A stretch of 64,000 nucleotides of DNA from a virus: the IMG/VR virus record IMGVR_UViG_3300001530_000094; one strand, written 5' to 3'. Below are positions 19,134 to 28,786 of the stretch, piece by piece. A program made the position numbers and the translations under genes. Within the stretch, counting starts at the first letter, position 1, and each line of letters begins with the position of its first letter. The notes beneath the pieces are model-generated. The model did not search any database and was not told the origin of the DNA. It worked only from the letters and a program-made list of their open reading frames with translations.

Positions 19134-19643
19134 AGCATATTATATATTATAAAGAGTTCGCAAAACTTTATTTTTCGTTCAATGTTTTAGCATTGAATAT
19201 TTAGGAAGAACTTTATTACATGTATATTCTTAGACGCATTCAAATAAGACATTTAAGAAAGTGGAAAGTTCATAGTTAGAATTGGGGTTGTTCTAATTTA
19301 TTTAGGGTTTGACTTCACAAAGCTCATTCACAAGATTATAGAAAGCGTTCATAACTCCTATAATTTATAAAAGGTGCTAATAGTCATCAGAATGAGTACC
19401 TGGCTGTAGTAGTTCTACAGAACTTTGGCCCATAGAATTAAGATAACTTCAGTTTATGGGGTGGCTCTAAGGAAATCATAACTTAGAGTGCGATAGATAT
19501 AATAAACTACTATACAGCAAGAATATTTATATTATGCGCAGGAAATATAAGTGTTCTTAGTAGATATCTATTTCGGTCAGAGATAATTCATAAACTCTGA
19601 TAAGGTGGTTTTAAATAGTTGTACCCATTAAACAACTATATAT

Positions 19644-19718
19644 GCTTCCTTAGTATAATGGTTATTACTACTGACTTGTAATCAGTGAATGTTTGTTCGA
19701 TTCAAACAGGAAGCTCCA
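19644..19718 (+). tRNA. tRNA-Thr(UGU), CCA encoded
   Basis: acceptor GCTTCCT/AGGAAGC, anticodon arm ACTGA-CTTGTAA-TCAGT, T-arm GTTTG-TTCGATT-CAAAC, CCA. Confidence 0.93.
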
Positions 19719-19817
19719 GCTGGTCCATCACCAGCTACAATAAATCCATCAGACTCTTTAAATAGAGTCACACTGAAGGTTTATAGCTGTACCTATCCCA
19801 GAAACAGCTAATTATTT

Positions 19818-19896
19818 CAGGAGACAGTGTAGAGTGCACGTCAGTAATCCCACGGAGGACGAGATAGTGTTGGTTTAAATCCAACTCTCCTGACCA
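19818..19896 (+). tRNA. non-canonical tRNA-like element with encoded CCA; anticodon uncertain (UCC possible in a short loop)
   Basis: acceptor CAGGAGA/TCTCCTG, T-arm GTTGG-TTTAAAT-CCAAC, CCA; small D-loop, imperfect anticodon arm. Confidence 0.45.
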
Positions 19897-20163
19897 TCAG
19901 GCCACAGCTCTTTGGTCTGTTTACTTCTATTTTAAGTTAGCTGATATCTTAAAATAGTAGCTAAAAATCAGAATTAGGGTACCTTCTCATACAAAGGTCA
20001 CAGTGTATGACAAATCAATTAGTAATTAAGTGGAATCCAGTTGACTACGAGGATGAAACGAAAAGAATAGAGTTTGAGATAAAGTTGACGTAGTCTAAAA
20101 AGGTACTTTATGAAAACTTAGGTTAGTTTTATTCTAATTGTTCTTTAACTAACCAGTGCACAC

Positions 20164-20227
20164 AGCGGTATAGCTTAATGGTAGAGCAGAGGTAATCTAG
20201 ATGGAGGTTCGATTCCTTCTACCGTTG
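20164..20227 (+). tRNA. tRNA-like element lacking a normal anticodon arm
   Basis: acceptor AGCGGTA/TACCGTT, D-arm GCTT-AATGGTA-GAGC, T-arm GGAGG-TTCGATT-CCTTC; only 14 nt between D- and T-arms; CCA not encoded. Confidence 0.4.
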
Positions 20228-20390
20228 CTGAACAGGACAGTTTTAAAACCACTTGGAAGGAAAACCAAGCACAAACCCTCGGAGAAGATTAGTACTATTC
20301 CGCCTAAGTAAAAGTAGGGGAGGACTAGTACATAATTCTCTCTATAATTCTTTTAAGTCATCGTTATCTGATGATGAAAATAATCCTATG

Positions 20391-20420
20391 AGAGCGGGAG
20401 CTACATCCGCTCTTTATTTA
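20391..20420 (+). terminator. intrinsic terminator of the ncRNA/tRNA locus
   Basis: GAGCGG-GAGCTACAT-CCGCTC TTTATTT. Confidence 0.75.
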
Positions 20421-20483
20421 TGTCATTTTAAAACTTGTTATAAATTATATTAAGAGTAGAAAATTCATAGGAGGTTTGTAGTA

Positions 20484-22441
20484 ATGTCGAGTTCAGTTCA
20501 AGCTACATATAGTGTGCAAATAGAGCAATCTATTCAAGACACTATTAATTACATAACTAAGACTAAAAGTATGACTTTAAAGAAAAATAAAAAGAAGAAA
20601 AAGAAAAAACAAACTGAAGAACAGTTTAAAAGAGAACATGCTTTAGATAAAGTAGTGAATAATTTACTACAGATGAAAGAAGGAGAGAGAAAAGCTCAAT
20701 TAGTGAGACCTATAATACCTATTAGAGAATGGTTAGGAAACGAGTATTATTGTGGTTCAGAAGTATTTAATTTATATCCTTTTTGGAAAGAACACTTGAT
20801 AAGAATATATGAATCTCCAGTCTTAATAAATGAAATAATTCTTACTGGAGGTCTAGGAACTGGTAAAACAACTTTTGCAAATGCTGTTATACTAAGAAAA
20901 ATATATGAACTCAGTTGTTACATGAATGTGCCAGCTTTATTTAATCTTTTACCAACATCTTTGATGTTATTTGCATATTTCAATTTAAACTTAGAGCAAG
21001 CCAATTTAACAGGTTATGGACAACTTAAAAATATGATTGATACTTCTAAATATTTTCAAGAAATATTTCCTAGAAATCAAAAAATTAATTCATCTATTGA
21101 TTTTACTCAAGCTAATATGATGGTAAGATTTGCTTCTAATGAGTCTCACATTATAGGAACTAACTTATTTGGAGCAATACTAGATGAAGCTAACTTCTAT
21201 AAAGGAGATGGTCAATCTACTACAGAAAAAGCAGGAGAAGCACAATCTCAAGCAAGACAAATTTATACAGCTATAAGAAATAGACGGAAAATCCAGATTT
21301 ACTAGCTCTGGAGAAAATAATTCTCTTTCTATATTAGTATCTTCTACTATGTATGACTCTTCATTCACTAATGAAAGAATTAAACTAACTGAAGAAGACC
21401 CTCACACTTATGTAATCAATGCAAGAGTATGGGATGTAAAACCTAAAGGAACTTTTCCAGAAGAAAGATTTTATGTATTTGCTGGAAATTCAGAATTAGA
21501 CCCATTTATTATTACTAATCAAAAAGAAATGCAAGATGTTTATAATTCTTTTTATTTAGATTTAAAAGCTTCTGGAAATATAAAAGAAGATATAGCAAAA
21601 ATTCCTTCACAATTTCAAGATAGAGTAGTTGCACTACCAATAAATTACAGAAAAGATTTTGAAACTAATATTATTAAATCTTTACAAGATATTGCTGGTA
21701 CTTCAGTAGCTCCAGAAGGTAGACTATTTAGTAGTAGAGTACACTATAAAAATTGTATCTATTCAGAAACAAATCCAGTATTTACTAAAGATGAGATAGT
21801 TATATCTACTGCATCAGATATACTACCTCAAGACTATGTGAGAAAGGACTATGTGCCAGACCAACCTAATAAGAAAAGATACATACACTTTGACCAGTCT
21901 TTATCTGGAGATAGTTATGGAATTGCATGTACCTATGTAGATGATGTAATTACTGATAGTAGCGGATTATTATTACTTTTCTTAAAAGTAGAATGGATGT
22001 TAAGAATAAATCCACCTAAACCACCAGCTAAAATAGATTTAGCAAAAGTTAGAACTATAATTAAATATTTTGAAGAAGTTCATGGAATTACTTGGGGAAC
22101 AATTTCATACGATACATTTCAGTCTGCAGAAGCTATGCAAGAGTTAGAAAAGTCAGGCTACAATGTTCAAGCTCGTTCTGTAGATAAAACTGATGAAGCT
22201 TATTTGACTTTATGTCAATACATATATGATGGAAGAATAGAATTTCCTAGGCATCCTGTATTTGAAGAAGAACTTTTTGGTTTAATGCACTATAGGTCTA
22301 GACATAAAGTAGACCACTTACCTGGAAAGTCTAAAGACGTTCGGAGATGGTGTAGCCGGTTCTATAATGAATGCAATAGAAGATCCTAATAATATTATAG
22401 ATGCTCAAATGGAAGGAGACTTAGAGTTGTTATTTACATAA
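20484..22441 (+). CDS. terL: terminase large subunit; requires two +1 shifts, at CGG 21285-21287 and CGG 22342-22344
   Basis: GGLGTGKTTFA Walker A, GAILDEANF; joined frames give ...YTAIRNR[G]KSRFTSSGENNSLSILVSSTMYDSS... and ...DHLPGKSKDV[G]DGVAGSIMNAIEDP; (1958-2)/3 is an integer. Confidence 0.93.
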
Positions 22442-22481
22442 TATATTATAATAAGAGAATAAAAGAAAAAGAGGTGCAAAA

Positions 22482-24470
22482 ATGGCAAATAGATTTGGAA
22501 GAAGAAATAAAAAAGAAGATATAAAACCTGAAAATACTTCTCATACAGCTGAGTATTTATTAGAAAGTGACCAATCAGCTACAATTAATGGTCATCAAGC
22601 TTATAATTTCTTACAAGGTATAAGAAGTGTAGATGGCAATTACATAAACAATGATTTACTAATGGATAAGATGTGTCAGGATTCAGTCATATCTGCAGCT
22701 TTAGATATATGGACAGAAGATGCTCTTCAAAAAGACCCTTTTACTGGTGAAATGTTTATTGTAGATGTAGATACAGTAGAAGATGACCCTGTAGCTAAAA
22801 AACTTTCAGATGGTTTATCTAAAAGACTAAATCATTTATTGAAGAAAGATTTAAGAGCAGAAAAATATCTAGCTACTTGGTGTAAAAGAGTGTTAAAGTA
22901 TGGTAATTGTTATTTAAAATTAGATTTTGCAGATAAGTTAACTGATGAAAAACTTAAACTTAAAGAATCTGTATCTGATAAAGAAAGATTTGAAAAAATA
23001 GCTATTAAAACTATAGCTATGATGACTAACAATGAAGATTCTAAATTAGATTATGCTTTTGATAATCCTCAAAAAATGTTGCCTAAAGGGAAACTAAATG
23101 AAGCATATAAAGTAGATTATGAGTCTATGATGAGAAATAATATAAGTGTACCTAAAGAAGAAAAATTTACAACTGAAGTACTAAAAGAAGATGTTTTAAC
23201 TAGTAAACAGGAAGAAAAGACAGTTAGAGGTAGATGGTATACTGAAATTTTAGGACATGGAACTAATATTTATGAATTATCTAGTAAACAGAAAGTAGTT
23301 GCTTACATAGATAGAGATGCTCCTAATAAATTTATAAAACCTGACAATATAATAAATTTTGCTAATAATACAGGAAAACATAGAGTATCTTTTGAAGTTG
23401 GAGATGTATCTGATAAAGTAAATCAAAAAGAGTATTATTCTTTAGAAAGAGGAGAAGGTTTCTTAGAAAATGCTATGGTTGCGTGGCAAGTTCTTTCAGC
23501 CTTAGAAGATATTTTATTACTTACTAGAATGACTCGTTCTATACTATACAGAATATTTTCTATAGAGGTAGGTAACAAAGGAAATAAAGAAACAGCTCAG
23601 ATTCTAGATAGATTAAAAAATAGATTAAAAATGGAAGAAACTATAGATATAAGAAGTAGAATATATAATAGTACTTTAACTCAAGTTCCTTTAGCTGATT
23701 CAGTATTTATTCCAACACATAATGGTGTAGGTGTAACTGATGTTAAAACTGTTGGAGGAGATGTAAATCTTAGAGATGCTATAGATTTAGACTATTTTAG
23801 AGACAAATTACATTCAGCTTTAAGAATCCCAGCTCCATACCTATCATACACAGAATCTTTACCTGGAGGAATAGGAGATAGTTCTTTAACTAGAATGGAC
23901 ATTAGATATTCTAGAACAGTTGCTAGAATTAAAGCAATTTTAGCAGAAGGACTAAAAGATATTTGTATAAGATATTTACAGTTAACTATAGGAGATAGAG
24001 CTTTCGAAGAATTACCTGATTTTAGAATTAAGTTTGCTAGCACTAACTCAGCAGAAGATATATCTAGAGCTAATTTACAACAAACTTTTATGGAGACATT
24101 ACAAAAGTCTTTAAACACATTGAAAGAATTAGGTATAGATATAGCTACAAATCCAGAAGGATATAAGAAGACTAGAGAAACTTTAATTAATGAATATTTT
24201 GGTAATACTTTAGCTGAAGCTATAAAAGCAGATGAAAGACTTACTTCAGTAACAGCTCCTACAGAGTTAGCAAATGATAAAACTGGAGGAAATAGTGGAC
24301 CTTCTGATATGGGACCAGACACAGAGATAAACATAGACAGTGGACCTAGCGGAATGGGACCAGAAGCTCCAGAAGAAGGAGAAATACCTGAAGAAGATTT
24401 AGATAATGTAGAAGTAGGACCAGAGACTGGACCAGCTCCAGACACAGAAACAACTAATGAATTATCTTAG
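22482..24470 (+). CDS. portal protein
   Basis: size, position after terL, ALDIWTEDALQKDPFTGEMF...LPGGIGDSSLTRMDIRYSRTVARIKAILAEGLKDI. Confidence 0.85.
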   Translation: MANRFGRRNKKEDIKPENTSHTAEYLLESDQSATINGHQAYNFLQGIRSVDGNYINNDLLMDKMCQDSVISAALDIWTEDALQKDPFTGEMFIVDVDTVEDDPVAKKLSDGLSKRLNHLLKKDLRAEKYLATWCKRVLKYGNCYLKLDFADKLTDEKLKLKESVSDKERFEKIAIKTIAMMTNNEDSKLDYAFDNPQKMLPKGKLNEAYKVDYESMMRNNISVPKEEKFTTEVLKEDVLTSKQEEKTVRGRWYTEILGHGTNIYELSSKQKVVAYIDRDAPNKFIKPDNIINFANNTGKHRVSFEVGDVSDKVNQKEYYSLERGEGFLENAMVAWQVLSALEDILLLTRMTRSILYRIFSIEVGNKGNKETAQILDRLKNRLKMEETIDIRSRIYNSTLTQVPLADSVFIPTHNGVGVTDVKTVGGDVNLRDAIDLDYFRDKLHSALRIPAPYLSYTESLPGGIGDSSLTRMDIRYSRTVARIKAILAEGLKDICIRYLQLTIGDRAFEELPDFRIKFASTNSAEDISRANLQQTFMETLQKSLNTLKELGIDIATNPEGYKKTRETLINEYFGNTLAEAIKADERLTSVTAPTELANDKTGGNSGPSDMGPDTEINIDSGPSGMGPEAPEEGEIPEEDLDNVEVGPETGPAPDTETTNELS

Positions 24471-24481
24471 GAGGATAGCTT

Positions 24482-24691
24482 ATGGATATTCCAAGTTATG
24501 AAGAAACTTTATGTCCATGCTGTAAAAATAGAGAAATTTGTAATCATAATAAGTATACAGAAAAAATTAGACATACTACAGATTTTACAGGAGACATGAA
24601 AGTGTCTAAGTGTAAATACTATGTATATAATAAGGAGAGACAAAATGAAATTAATAGAAGAGAAAGTATTTTCTTTATTGGACAAGACTGA
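24482..24691 (+). CDS. hypothetical cysteine-rich protein
   Basis: CPCCKNREIC motif; RBS. Confidence 0.5.
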   Translation: MDIPSYEETLCPCCKNREICNHNKYTEKIRHTTDFTGDMKVSKCKYYVYNKERQNEINRRESIFFIGQD

Positions 24692-25496
24692 AAGAGAGAC
24701 TCCTAAATTAGCAGGTAGAGCAGATTTTATCTATCCTAAATATATAGGACTAAGTAAGAAAGGAATTTTTCATTTTAAAACTAATTCTCAGAGTAGACCA
24801 GGATATTCTTGGTATCAAACTATAGAGATTAAAAATATGAGAACTTTAGCTCTTACTACAGATGAAATTACTGCTGATACAATAAAGAGATGGTTTGAAA
24901 TAGCAGATGTAAATATATATTGTTCTGATGAATCATATTTGTATTACGCATTTCAATATATGGGAACTCAAAGAGATTACAATGACCCAGAACAACCAGA
25001 AACTAGAGCTCCTAAAAGAAACAATACTAAATTAGCAGGTGGTCTTTGTAAACACTTAGTTTCTATAATAGAACACTTGCAAATAGGTGAGTTTTATGAA
25101 CAAATGGCAAAAGATGTTAATAACTGGAAACAGTACACATTAGGAAATGCATATAGGTCATTTAATAGAGGAAGAAATATGGGACAATATAACAAAAGAG
25201 AGAAAGAAATTGACTGGAAGAAGATTGATAGCTTTGTTGATGAGGCTCTTTGGGCAAGACATAATTTTGCTCAGTTCTTACGTTCAAACAATATAAAGAA
25301 AGATATGTATGCGGAGATAAATAGACTACAACAAGCTGGAGAAGATATGACTCTAGATGATTTCTTAGAAGATGAGTTCGGACTTACTCTTCAAGATTTA
25401 GCATCAGAAATAGGGGTAGAAGAAAAAGCTTTAGATGATTATTTTAAACAAACATACGGATTAACAAATACACAGGGTATAGGAAATTTAAGTTAA
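24645..25496 (+). CDS. structural/assembly hypothetical protein
   Basis: ORF, RBS aaggagag before ATG 24645. Confidence 0.65.
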   Translation: MKLIEEKVFSLLDKTERETPKLAGRADFIYPKYIGLSKKGIFHFKTNSQSRPGYSWYQTIEIKNMRTLALTTDEITADTIKRWFEIADVNIYCSDESYLYYAFQYMGTQRDYNDPEQPETRAPKRNNTKLAGGLCKHLVSIIEHLQIGEFYEQMAKDVNNWKQYTLGNAYRSFNRGRNMGQYNKREKEIDWKKIDSFVDEALWARHNFAQFLRSNNIKKDMYAEINRLQQAGEDMTLDDFLEDEFGLTLQDLASEIGVEEKALDDYFKQTYGLTNTQGIGNLS

Positions 25497-25511
25497 AGGA
25501 GGTAGACATAA

Positions 25512-26426
25512 ATGCCATTATTTACTAATTATGGAAAACCTAAAGGACTTATAGTAAATTTCATGAAAGATATAGAACAAAGATATATACCAGCTCTCAA
25601 CCAGCAGCTAGATACAAATATAAATAACTATCCATCTCTTACTAGAGAGACTTATGCGGTATATCAAGATGAAGAACAAGGAGTGTCAATAGAAATATCT
25701 AGTAATCATAGAGATATAGAAAATAGAGGAGACTTATTCGTAGCTGTATCTTATGATGGAATGAAAGAAGATGCTGGTATAATAGATTTAGACAATTTAC
25801 AAGATGCTGTAAATATCACTCAATATTCTCTTCAAGAATTAGGCTTTAAAACACCTGAAGATAAGAAAAATGATGAAGCTGATGCAGAAGCTAAAGCAAT
25901 GCAAGATAAAATAAACAAAGACTTAGAGGATAGAAAGAAAGCTGAAAGAAGAGATGAAATACTAAGACAAGCAGAAGAAAGAAATCGAGGGACAGAAAAC
26001 CAGTCTGACATAGAGACAGAACCTGAAGAAGACAATTATGAAGAAGAAAAAGATGAGTATGTTTCAGAGTTAAACAAAAAACTAACTTTTTTAAGTAAAG
26101 AAGCAGAAGGTGCTGTTGCAGAATTAGAATGGCTTACTCTTCCTGATAATATTCAAGGAAATTCTGCTGAATTTATACATATAGAGATGAATTTTACTCA
26201 TGTGTCTGGTGAAAACTTTTTAATAGAAACTAAAAGAATAAATCCTAAAATACAGACTATTTGTAATATTCAAGATTGTATTGGATATGCAAATAAAGTG
26301 TCTGACAAACTTAAAGTAACTCCAACTATTATAATGAAGGATGAAAGAGGAAGAGATTTAGAACTTCCTAAGAATATGAAGGAACCTGAGGATGACTCAG
26401 ATGATGATTTTTCAATTAATATATAA
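25512..26426 (+). CDS. hypothetical protein with acidic linker
   Basis: ORF with RBS aaaggaggtag. Confidence 0.65.
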   Translation: MPLFTNYGKPKGLIVNFMKDIEQRYIPALNQQLDTNINNYPSLTRETYAVYQDEEQGVSIEISSNHRDIENRGDLFVAVSYDGMKEDAGIIDLDNLQDAVNITQYSLQELGFKTPEDKKNDEADAEAKAMQDKINKDLEDRKKAERRDEILRQAEERNRGTENQSDIETEPEEDNYEEEKDEYVSELNKKLTFLSKEAEGAVAELEWLTLPDNIQGNSAEFIHIEMNFTHVSGENFLIETKRINPKIQTICNIQDCIGYANKVSDKLKVTPTIIMKDERGRDLELPKNMKEPEDDSDDDFSINI

Positions 26427-26494
26427 AATTTATTGTTTACTATTTAAAAGTGTCTTAGAATTTACTCTGAAAAATAGAAAGTAGGTGTAAAAGA

Positions 26495-27458
26495 TTGAAT
26501 AACATAGAAATTTATAAGCGGATTTCAAAACATAGCAGATAGAACTTTTCAAGAGTTCAGAAGAAAAATATATGATTATTTAAAATATACTTTGTCAACT
26601 GTTATGACTGAAGACGACTTAGATGTAGTTGTAAAGCTGATAACTGAGATTTTCGGTGATTTATACATGAGAACAGGATTAATGCCTTGGCAAATAGATA
26701 CAGCCAAGTGTCCAGAATCTCAACTAGAAGCTCTTAGTTATTTGATAGGGTATGATTGGAATCCTAATTTAACCGCAGACCAACAAAGAATGGGAATAGA
26801 CTTATATTGTTTAATTAGAAGAAATAGAGGTACTATTTTTGGACTAGAGAATTTAATTAGAACTTTCGGACAAACAGTGAAAGAATTTTATTCTAGTTCA
26901 GATTTAAGAGGTGTAGAAGTAATAGAGTATGGTTCTGGCGGTCCAGAGACTTTAGAGCCTAATATGTTTCCTGGAGATATAATAGTTAGAGCTCCAGATT
27001 TCTCTAGTATACTTAGAGATAGTATTTTCGATACTAAATTAGCTGGCACAAGATTATTCTTTGAGTATTATATTTTCTTAGGAATATTTCATTTATCTAT
27101 TACTACAGATTTTGGATGGGTAATAAGAATAACACCTGACATGTTAATACAAGGTTATGACCCTACAATAGATGAATTTGCAGCGGGTTGGAATGTAACT
27201 TTAGGGCAATTACTGGAGCATCAACTAACTCATGGAATTAGAGGAAATATTGCTAATAGTGTAACTAAAGTTGGACATAATCAAAACTCATTGCATGGAG
27301 AACATCATGGAAATTTAGTAGCTGGAATACAAGTATTAACTTACTATAAAGCTCCGTGGGTAAATGGATTTATTCTAAATGTTCCAGGGCTTACTAATTA
27401 TAGAGGATTTGTACAACCTACAGAACATATTGAAACTGAAGAAATACTTTACAAATAA
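26495..27458 (+). CDS. baseplate/tail protein; TTG start; requires +1 shift at CGG 26519-26521
   Basis: NNIEIYK[G]FQNIADRTFQEFRRKIYDYLKYTLSTVMTEDDLD... after skipping C 26519; gpI-like MPWQIDTAKCPESQLEALSYLIGYDW; (964-1)/3 is an integer. Confidence 0.75.
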
Positions 27459-27485
27459 ATTACTAGTATAAATTTTAAAAAACTA

Positions 27486-27514
27486 TTTACAAACTTAAAA
27501 TAATATGATATAAT
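27486..27514 (+). promoter_or_regulatory. sigma70-like promoter TTTACA-N17-TATAAT
   Basis: tttacaAACTTAAAATAATATGAtataat. Confidence 0.8.
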
Positions 27515-27553
27515 TATAATAAGAACGAGGTTATTTTAAAGGAGGTGAAAAAC

Positions 27554-27745
27554 ATGGATGATAAAATTAGAGAATATATTTCAAATGAAATAATAAACAT
27601 AATGAACACATATAAAGATACAGACGTATCTTGGTCACACCTTTTAGAATTAATACATGAAGTAGTTACTGATTATGAAAATGCAACATCTCCTACAGTA
27701 CCATCAGACATTAAATCATTTTTAAATAATTGGACTACAGACTAA
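27554..27745 (+). CDS. small hypothetical protein
   Basis: RBS aaaggaggtg; promoter immediately upstream. Confidence 0.65.
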   Translation: MDDKIREYISNEIINIMNTYKDTDVSWSHLLELIHEVVTDYENATSPTVPSDIKSFLNNWTTD

Positions 27746-27768
27746 TAATAGAATTTTAAAAATTTTTT

Positions 27769-27797
27769 AAAAGAGTAGAGTAAAATCTACTCTTTTA
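27769..27797 (+). terminator. intrinsic terminator
   Basis: AAAAGAGTAGA-gtaaaa-TCTACTCTTTT. Confidence 0.8.
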
Positions 27798-27841
27798 CAT
27801 AGTATAAATATAGAAATTTTATAGAAAGAAGGTAGAAATTT

Positions 27842-28387
27842 ATGGAAGAAAATTTAGATGTAAAACTTACAGGTTTTAATGGAGAAGAAGTATCTAAAGA
27901 GGAGTTTGTAGACCAGGTAGTAAATGCTATAAAAGAAGATATGGCTCCATCAGATAGAGAAACTCTAGAAGCAATTCCTTTAGTGGAAATAGACAATACA
28001 GAACAAGATATTACTGATACTTTATTAGAGAAATATACTGAGTTAGACTTAGAAATATCTAAAGTAGTTTTAGAACAAGAACAATATAGAAAAGAACATA
28101 AAGAAGTCTTTGATAAAATGAAAGAGTATGAAGACAAGATTGCAAAAATAGAGCAACAACAAGAAGCTGTTAAAGGTGACTTAAAGACTAAAATGAGAGA
28201 ATTGAATAAGAAAGAAATAATAGGCATAAGATTTACAGCAAAATACACAGCTCCATATACTAGAAAGAAATTTGATACAGACCAATTTTATAAAGATTAT
28301 GCAGAAGATACAGCTATGTATAAGAAATATGTAAGTACTACTAATGTATCTGAAAGTATTAAAATTTCTGAGACTAAGAAGAAATAG
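27842..28387 (+). CDS. hypothetical coiled-coil protein
   Basis: ORF with RBS. Confidence 0.65.
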   Translation: MEENLDVKLTGFNGEEVSKEEFVDQVVNAIKEDMAPSDRETLEAIPLVEIDNTEQDITDTLLEKYTELDLEISKVVLEQEQYRKEHKEVFDKMKEYEDKIAKIEQQQEAVKGDLKTKMRELNKKEIIGIRFTAKYTAPYTRKKFDTDQFYKDYAEDTAMYKKYVSTTNVSESIKISETKKK

Positions 28388-28396
28388 GAGGATTTT

Positions 28397-28786
28397 ATGA
28401 AGAAGATAGTTACAGATAATACTACAATTTTTGTAAATCATATTAAATTTATACGAATTATGGAAGCTGGAGTAAGTCAAACTAAAGAGAAAAGATATAC
28501 AGTAACAGCAGTTTTAGAAGATTGTACTGATATAGATATTGATAATATAAATTGCATAATATTAAATTATGATGAAAACGGAGAGTTACAGAAAACTAGA
28601 GAAGAAGCTCAATTATTTAAAGATTTTTTAGAAAGAAAACTAGATAATCAATGGGAGACTATATTTACTTTAGATGTATTAAAAGAAGTAAATGACTATA
28701 TAAACTATAGTAAACAAGAGCATAAATCTACGATGGTAGATATTAGTAAATTAAAATTAAATGAAAAAGGAGAAGTTGTACGATGA
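28397..28786 (+). CDS. hypothetical protein
   Basis: ORF with RBS taggaggat. Confidence 0.65.
   Translation: MKKIVTDNTTIFVNHIKFIRIMEAGVSQTKEKRYTVTAVLEDCTDIDIDNINCIILNYDENGELQKTREEAQLFKDFLERKLDNQWETIFTLDVLKEVNDYINYSKQEHKSTMVDISKLKLNEKGEVVR

Larger units (their letters stand above)
19150..20420 (+). ncRNA. large structured non-coding RNA locus containing tRNA(s); GOLLD/ROOL-class candidate (boundaries approximate)
   Basis: about 1.2 kb without credible ORFs, dense perfect hairpins (TTCAATG/CATTGAA, CCCATA/TATGGG, CTCTAAG/CTTAGAG, CTGTAG/CTACAG, TCAGAG/CTCTGA, TAGTTGT/ACAACTA), ends in a terminator. Confidence 0.5.

Noticed and set aside
20291-20312. TACTA-TTCCGCC-TAAGTA as an anticodon arm carrying CCG/UCCG (the wished-for CGG/CGGA decoding tRNA)
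   Set aside because: Bulged stem, pyrimidine at position 37, no D-arm GG or T-arm TTCRA nearby; better explained by the longer GTACTA...TAGTAC hairpin.
20253-20453. 66-aa ORF MEGKPSTNPRRRLVLF...
   Set aside because: No RBS, lies in the structured RNA locus and across its terminator, atypical composition.
22354-22359. GTAGCCGGTTCT in terL as a third frameshift site
   Set aside because: After the 22342 shift it reads GTA GCC GGT TCT (V A G S) in-frame; no extra base needed.
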